A stretch of 64,000 nucleotides of DNA, from NCBI RefSeq assembly GCF_009914755.1, contig NC_060941.1. One strand, given 5' to 3'. A program made the position numbers and the translations under genes. Shown one piece after another: positions 54,770 through 64,000 of this stretch (positions within the stretch are counted from its first letter, which is position 1; each line of letters starts with the position of its first letter). This stretch comes from the human T2T-CHM13v2.0 reference genome, Homo sapiens. The notes under the pieces are model-generated. The model did not search any database and was not told where the DNA came from. It was given only the letters and a program-made list of their open reading frames with translations.

Positions 54770-54960
54770 ACGGGATCCTGTCCTGAGTCAGCTAATTACC
54801 AACCTGGGGAAGTTACTTAGCCCTTCTGAGCCTTACTTTCTATGCCTAAAAACTGGGAATTGTATTGTGGATTTGAAGAATGTTTGTTAAGAATACTGAA
54901 ATGTATGTACATATGCTCCTAATACCATATTTGGAGCCTATCATTTATGTTATAATTTAT
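54770..54960 (+). mobile_element. MIR SINE
   Basis: 'acctggggaagttacttagcccttctgagccttactttctatgcctaaaaactggg'. Confidence 0.7.
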
Positions 54961-55829
54961 GATCCTTTATCATAATCATTTATTATTATGAGGATGATGA
55001 AAATTTTCCATAGTCAGCAATCCTGGGCTTCATAGCCCTATGATCAGACTTGCAAATTAGAACTTGAGTTTCTGCTGCGATCAGGTAAATGAAGTTTGTC
55101 CTGAGGGTCATGATCATGACAGTATGCTCTGGTGCAAATAATTAGGGCAATTTAAAAAATTACATTCTCAATGGTTTGGGCATTAATCTTTTCTAAATAA
55201 TCATAATAAAGTGGAATAGTCCATCTTAAGAAGAAGTTATAGCCAAATAATTTTGTTCAATTATATTAACCAATATATAAAACATGAGATGCTTTATTAA
55301 AGCAAATGAGAAAAAAAATCTACTTTGCCAAAAGAACATTTGGATTTTTTTCTTTACTATATACCAATGCTCTGTAACATGGGAGAGCTATTTCCTACTT
55401 TATAATGAAAATGTATGTGAAATACACATGCAAGACAAGGACGGCATGTATGATAAGTGATATGACCCAGGAAGAACTACAGGAGATCATGATACAAACA
55501 AGGGTCTATGAACTGGTGGGGAAGAGAGAGTCATAAAGAAGACAGGGACCAGAAATACATGCTAATGGAGAAATGACTTCAGCATCATAGAAGAAATAAG
55601 TAAAAACTCAGAAATGAGAATTGTTTTTCCCAGGTAACTAGTCTCAAGGGTATGGTGGTGAACACAGTTGTGTTTTAATGCAATCCACAGAAAAAATGGC
55701 AGAATAGTCTGTGAAGCCAAACAGCAGTGAAGGTGAGTGCAAATCTGGGATGAATAAGGGAGGGATTAGCCAAGGAGACCTTCCACCTGGGACCCCAATA
55801 TGCCATGAACTGAGCTGGTTATGGTAGCT

Positions 55830-56120
55830 TGCCATTTATTAGGTTTAATATTAATACTAAGCAATTTACTACAATGTCTCATAATCTTTACAATGATTTT
55901 GTAATGATTATCTTGATATTACAGATGAAGAAACTGAGGGGAAAAAGATGTTAACTTTTGCTGATTCTTTCAAAATCTCTAATTCTTACAACAACCTTAG
56001 TTCAGCATTATTAACCTTATTTTCAGGTAAGAAACTGAAATTTGGAGACACTGAGTCACTTAACAATGGCCACACAGCTGATAGGTAGGAGAATCAAAGA
56101 ATGAATATGGATCTGTGAGA
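55830..56120 (-). mobile_element. Two tandem MIR fragments
   Basis: 'atattacagatgaagaaactgaggg' and 'ttcttacaacaacctt...ttttcaggtaagaaactgaa...ggccacacagctgataggt'. Confidence 0.65.
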
Positions 56121-56789
56121 AAACACAGAATCACATACATGCATCTATGAGGACTTGAGGTAACACACTGTCTCCTATTATTTGAAATGGTAGAAGCTGA
56201 GTCTAGGTCACATGGTTATGGAATATCTATTATATGCAAAGGTCAAAGTTTATAGAATTTTAGAGGTGAAAGGGCCCTTAGATATCTTTTATTGCAATAT
56301 GCTTACTTTATACATAAGGAAATACTCCAAGAAATGTAAATGGTTCAAAGTTAAACTATGTTCAGTACGTTCAGTGATTATTAATATAAAGAATGGAATC
56401 ATACACACAGAAGATTCTGCCCCACCTACATGGGTAATTTTGTGATGCCAAATTTAACATTTTCTAATTAATTGTCTACAATTTTTCAATATCAAATAAT
56501 TCTCTTTGTAAAAGTAGAAAACTGGAGAATGATAAGTTTGAACATAAAAAAGGAAATGGAAATGTGTTAATTATAAAAAAAAAATGTCCTATTTTAAAGT
56601 TAGGTGGCTGTTAGCATTTTTTTTCTGCTCAGGCTTGACCCTGAGAGGGCTTCCTCTGCTGTAGATAGGGAGTTAGGAAAACTATTCCTATCTAAAAATG
56701 AAAATACCAATGTAGCTTACTTGCTGGCCAAGGTGTACATATAGACATCAATGTCATGTAACAAATTTTAACTTAAATCCTGCAATGAG

Positions 56790-57370
56790 TATAAGAAAAT
56801 CCTAAATTGATAAAGCAACCATTCTCTGGGAACCAGGAAAAGCAAAAACAAAATTGCTCTATAGAAATACTTTTACAACCATCCTCACAAGGAACTTCCA
56901 CAGAAAAAGAGATATCCATTGAATAACAGATTCCTAACCAAAATTAGAAACAACAGGAGGAAATAAATCAATGTAGGAGTAGTCAGAAGCTAAAATTAAA
57001 TTGATAATGTATGCTGTAAGAATCAAAAATAATATATACTCTTGAAAAAGACAACATATTTATAATAAAAATGTAACAGAAGAGATAGAAATCACAATCA
57101 TAATGAAAGAACAAGACCTCCTATGGGAAAAAGAAAAATCAGATTTAAAAAGAAACCAGAATAGACTGATAAAAATGAAAATTATAAGAATAAAATTAAA
57201 ATGCAGTGGGTGTATTAAACAACAGCTATGATTAGCTAAAGAGGGCATTAGGGAATTGGAAAACAGATGTGAAGAAGCCACATAGAATTCAACACACAGA
57301 ATCATATAGAAAAATTTAAAAGATGAAGAGATATGGAACATAGAAAGAAATAGATTACCATCCAAGAAAC
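56790..57370 (+). mobile_element. Ancient L1M 5'/ORF1 fragment
   Basis: 'tttaaaaagaaaccagaataga...gggtgtattaaacaacag...attagggaattggaaaacagatgtgaagaa'. Confidence 0.6.
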
Positions 57371-57494
57371 AACTTGTTAGAGTATATACTTGTGGCTTGT
57401 TAGTCTTCCCTTATGTCTTCGATGATGGTATTTAATTGACTTCCTGTTTTGTTTTTGTGATGTCTGAGTTACTTACATATTCAGAAGTAGATTA

Positions 57495-57641
57495 CAGTCA
57501 TCCCACATTATCCACAGGGGACTGGTTTCAGAACCCCACTCTGATACCAAAATCTGTAGTTGCTCAAGTCCTTTATATAAAATAACGTAGTATAGTTGAC
57601 CCTCCATAGCCATAGTTTCCCCATTCATGGAGCGCTTACTG
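57495..57641 (+). mobile_element. Short MER2-family (TcMar-Tigger) element
   Basis: TA followed by 'cagtcatcccacattatccacaggggactggtttcagaacccc...gataccaaaatc...gctcaagtcctttatataaaat'. Ends 'actg'. Confidence 0.75.
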
Positions 57642-57959
57642 TGCTACACTGATCCAATTTTGATTCTGTTAATTCGTGTAAGCATAGTACAAGTTTAACT
57701 ATTTATTAAGTGAATATAAATAGAACTCTAGGAAACTAGAGGAAGCAAAGATAAATCATGACAAACAAAAATATGATAGAAAGTGGTGGAAGTTTGACCA
57801 AATATACCAGTAATCAGGATGAAAATTGGAATTAAACTTCCATATTAAAAATAATATCAGGTACCATTTAAAAATAACCTTATAATGAAAAATTATAAAT
57901 TCATATGAATTTATGAATGAAAAATTATAAATTCTTATGAAAGAGGAAAGCACCAAGAC

Positions 57960-58960
57960 AAGTGTAGAAATATAAGGAATGATGACTAATCATGCCAGCT
58001 GACATCAGGACCCATACAAGTATAAGTTATAGACAACTAGACCAGTGGCAGAAGGGAAAGCCTAGAATCACATGCATTATGTGCGAAGTTGGAATACGAA
58101 GAACGTGGCATTAAAATTAATATGGACTTAAGAATAGGCTATTTAACAAATTTTGGTAATTCAACTGGCTGTGGGAAATAATTGGATCCCTACTTCATAT
58201 TAATACAATTCAAGAATTTCATACAGATAAAATACCAAAATGTGAAAAGAAAAGTTATAAAATTTAGAGAGAAGTATAATATTTTTATAATCTTAGCACA
58301 GAGGAGGATTAATGAAATAAGGTACAAAATCTATCAGCTATCAAGGAAAAGTTAGTTAAGTAGATAAATGTGACATATTAACATTTTAAATCGTCTGTAT
58401 AAGCAAAGTTAAATGCCTGAGACTGGGAGAAGATATTTGCTGGGCACATAAGTGATATAATATTAGTATCCAGAACTCTGTCACTTTGATAAAAAAATAG
58501 GCAAATAATATAAACTAAAAACTCACAGTAGAAGATACCCAAGCAAGTAACTAGATGCTCATTTTCACTTGTGATTCAGAGAAATGCGTATTTGAAAAAC
58601 AAAGATATCTATTCACATCAGCAAAATCTTGCAATTAATTGGGCAAATATGTCAAAGAAGAAAATGGATGAATAATTGTGGTACATTTATACAATATAAT
58701 CCTTAAGATCAAATAAATAAACTATACCTACATATATGAACATGAATATATTTCAAAATATAATTAAAAAAGCAGTTTGCAAAGGACACATATAGTATGT
58801 GCAATAATTATGAACACATGTATGTACCAAGAGTAAAAGGTGATGTACTAACGTCAGTGTAGTGATCCCTTCTAGTGACCAAGAAAACACAGAACACAAA
58901 AAACAAACAACAAACTGGAATGAAGAAGTATATAGACGTATAATGACACTTTTTCTAAGA
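57960..58960 (+). mobile_element. Ancient L1ME-type ORF2 end and 3' UTR fragments
   Basis: 'aattggatccctacttcata', 'gactgggagaagatatttgc', 'aatggatgaataattgtggtacatttatacaat'. Confidence 0.65.
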
Positions 58961-59382
58961 ACAAAACCTCTGAGACAATACTTGATTATTTTTTGTTGCT
59001 GCCATTTGTCTTTGGAACTGACATCATGCTGGGGTTGGGTCATGAAGCTGATGACTTGATGTAAGTTGCATGGATGTTGTTAGTTTCCTCTTCAATTGCC
59101 TTTTAGCTCCTTAAAAGCAAATGGAATTTGTCCCCAATAGTATATTTTCAATGACTGATACAATTTATAAAATGTGAGTTGTCAACAAGGAGCATGATGA
59201 GGAGAACACTGAAAATATGAACAAATCCTAAGAAAGTTAATAGCTAGATCTTGAATGAACTTGAGAGGAAGTTATCCAAATTGAAAACTAAGGCTTAAGG
59301 AGGAAGGCAATTGCCAGAGGCCAAGTGACTGATGAGAAGTAAGGATTTACAAGCCACAGGTCTCCAGCTATTTCTTCTAAGC

Positions 59383-59558
59383 CTGTGGTACATAAAGTTC
59401 TTTGTGTCAGAGACTTCCTTGAGAGTCTGAAGGAAGCTTAAAGTCTCAATTTCACCATTTCTTCAAGAAATGAGCACATATATGCAAAATTTGCATATAA
59501 TTTCTGAAGCCTAAGGTCTGAAACCTTACCTAAGAACATCCACTGTTAAGAATTTCTG
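59383..59558 (-). mobile_element. MER117-like hAT-Charlie MITE
   Basis: 'ccttgagagtctgaaggaagct...gcacatatatgcaaaatttgcatataatttc...gttaagaatttctg'. Confidence 0.6.
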
Positions 59559-60189
59559 TGGACAAGTCCTAGGCTACATGTTGTTGGCATAGGATCTAAT
59601 TGGGAATGCTGCTTTTTATTTAAACAAATCAGATATTCTTTCAGGTCAACCACGTTGGATGTGGGGAGGATCATTTTTAGAATGGGAGCTCCTCAGAGAT
59701 GGTAGTTTCCAGGTGAGTGGAAGTAGACATCAGAGTTCCAGGTGAGTAGAGGTAGACATTGGAGTCTACTTCTGCTCACCTTGGAGTAGACATTGGAGAA
59801 GGGTGGGATGGATGGAAAAGGAGAATCCTTTGGGAGAGGCATTGGAGTTTGCTGCCATAGCTTGATCTAAGAGCTTTGACAGGCTGGGGCTTTCAGACAC
59901 CAGGATTCAAAGCAGCTCAGAGCATCTCCATGCAAAGCATCCAGAGTGCTTTGTAGCCATCCTTTCCCATAATACAGGCAATCTTTCTGTTCTTAATTGC
60001 ACAATTTGTCCTAAGAAATTAGAAGAAACAAAGAAAAGCCTTACAACTACATGAGAGAGATTAACTTTTTAAGGAAGGACCACACCCACCATTTCATTAA
60101 CTCTATATTTCCAGTGCATTGCAGATTGCTGGGAATTTCAATCACCACTCGGTAAATGTATTCATTGCATTGATTGCAAAAAGCTAATT

Positions 60190-62941
<2,752 letters not shown>

Positions 62942-63294
62942 TAATTCTAGGTTCTTTTTACAAACACCAAGATTCAGACATTTTAGTGGTTTAAAATTAG
63001 GGTAAAGAGTCTCATTGCCATTATTCTCTTTAATGAACAAAACGTTAGTTGTGAAATTATATATTTTAATGAAACATAGTGTAGCCATTTACATTAATTT
63101 GTACATTGTAAACATGTTAATGTTTCTCTGTATTGTCTCTTCCACCAAAAATGTTATCTTTGACTGATTCACCCTCTCCGAATACTGGGAGAGAAGGGTT
63201 ATTTTGGTTTGGTTTTAATTTGTCAATCCCACAAGCAGTTTTCAGCAGATAGAAGGTATTTGGAGATTTTCTTACATGAAACAATCCAAGCATA

Positions 63295-64000
63295 CACTTT
63301 ATAATTTTTTTTACTATGTTTAAATTGATGTATACAACACATGCAGAAAAGTACACAGATGATAAGTATATAATCTGATTCATTTCTACAAAGTAAATAC
63401 ATCTATGTGTTTGCCACCAAAAATCTAGGTCCTACACTAAAAAATAGAACATTACCAGCATCCCAGAAGCCCCAGATCAAAGTAGGCATATGCAAGAAAT
63501 ATTTTGTAATTTCCAATGTAATTGCTTCTTTGATCCATGGGTTATTTAGAAATACGTTGCCTAATTTTCCAACATTTGGGAATACATTTGGGAATTTCCT
63601 AGTTACATTCCTGTTATTTACTTACAGTGTAATATCACTGTGAAGAGATATATATACATATATATATGTATATGTATATATACAATCTGCTTTGTGTTTT
63701 CTGGATTAAAAAAAGTTTGTTATATCAGTTGTTGAGAATTGTTACAGTCTCCTACTATAATTATAGATTGCTCTATTCTTCACTTAGTTTTGTCAATTTT
63801 TGCTTTACTGAAATTAAGTCTATGATTTAAGGTGAATACAAATTTAGAACTGTTATATCTTTTTAGTGGATTGACCCTTTTATCATTATAAAATATCCTG
63901 TTTACCGCTGGTAATATTTTTTGCCTTAAATCTACATTACCTCATATTAAACAATTTGGATGATATATTTTCAGATATTTTTGGTATTTCCTGAACAATG
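63295..64000 (-). mobile_element. Ancient L1M fragments (3' end ~63295-63475, ORF2 ~63490-64000) with (TA)n at ~63648-63681
   Basis: 'atacaacacatgcagaaaagtacacagat', 'ttctttgatccatgggttatttagaaat', 'ggtgaatacaaatttagaactgttatatct...ttgacccttttatcattata'. Confidence 0.75.

Overview
This is AT-rich, repeat-dense primate (human-like) nuclear DNA with no recognisable protein-coding gene, tRNA/rRNA gene or CpG island. More than half of the window (estimated by eye) is decayed transposable elements. These include two near-full-length ancient L1M elements acting as hosts for nested insertions, a full-length L1PA15/16-type element with a tandemly repeated 5' UTR, truncated L1PB and L1PA copies, four Alu loci, several ERVL/MaLR LTRs (one a complete MSTB LTR-internal-LTR provirus with TSDs), hAT and Tigger MITEs, and many L2 and MIR remnants. 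The ORF track is explained by L1, Alu and MaLR remnants or by chance. I found no convincing novel biological system. The most interesting observations are: (1) a ~220 bp patchwork insert in an L1 3' UTR that copies sequence lying 3.8 kb away; (2) an A-B-A-B higher-order repeat in an L1 5' UTR; (3) a three-armed Alu; (4) a twin-primed L1 with a duplicated junction; (5) a strong + strand bias of LTRs, Alus and long L1s, hinting at a - strand host transcript; and (6) several repeat-free, motif-dense islands that look like enhancers. Subfamily names come from my recollection of consensus sequences, not from a search, and the boundaries of old elements are approximate.
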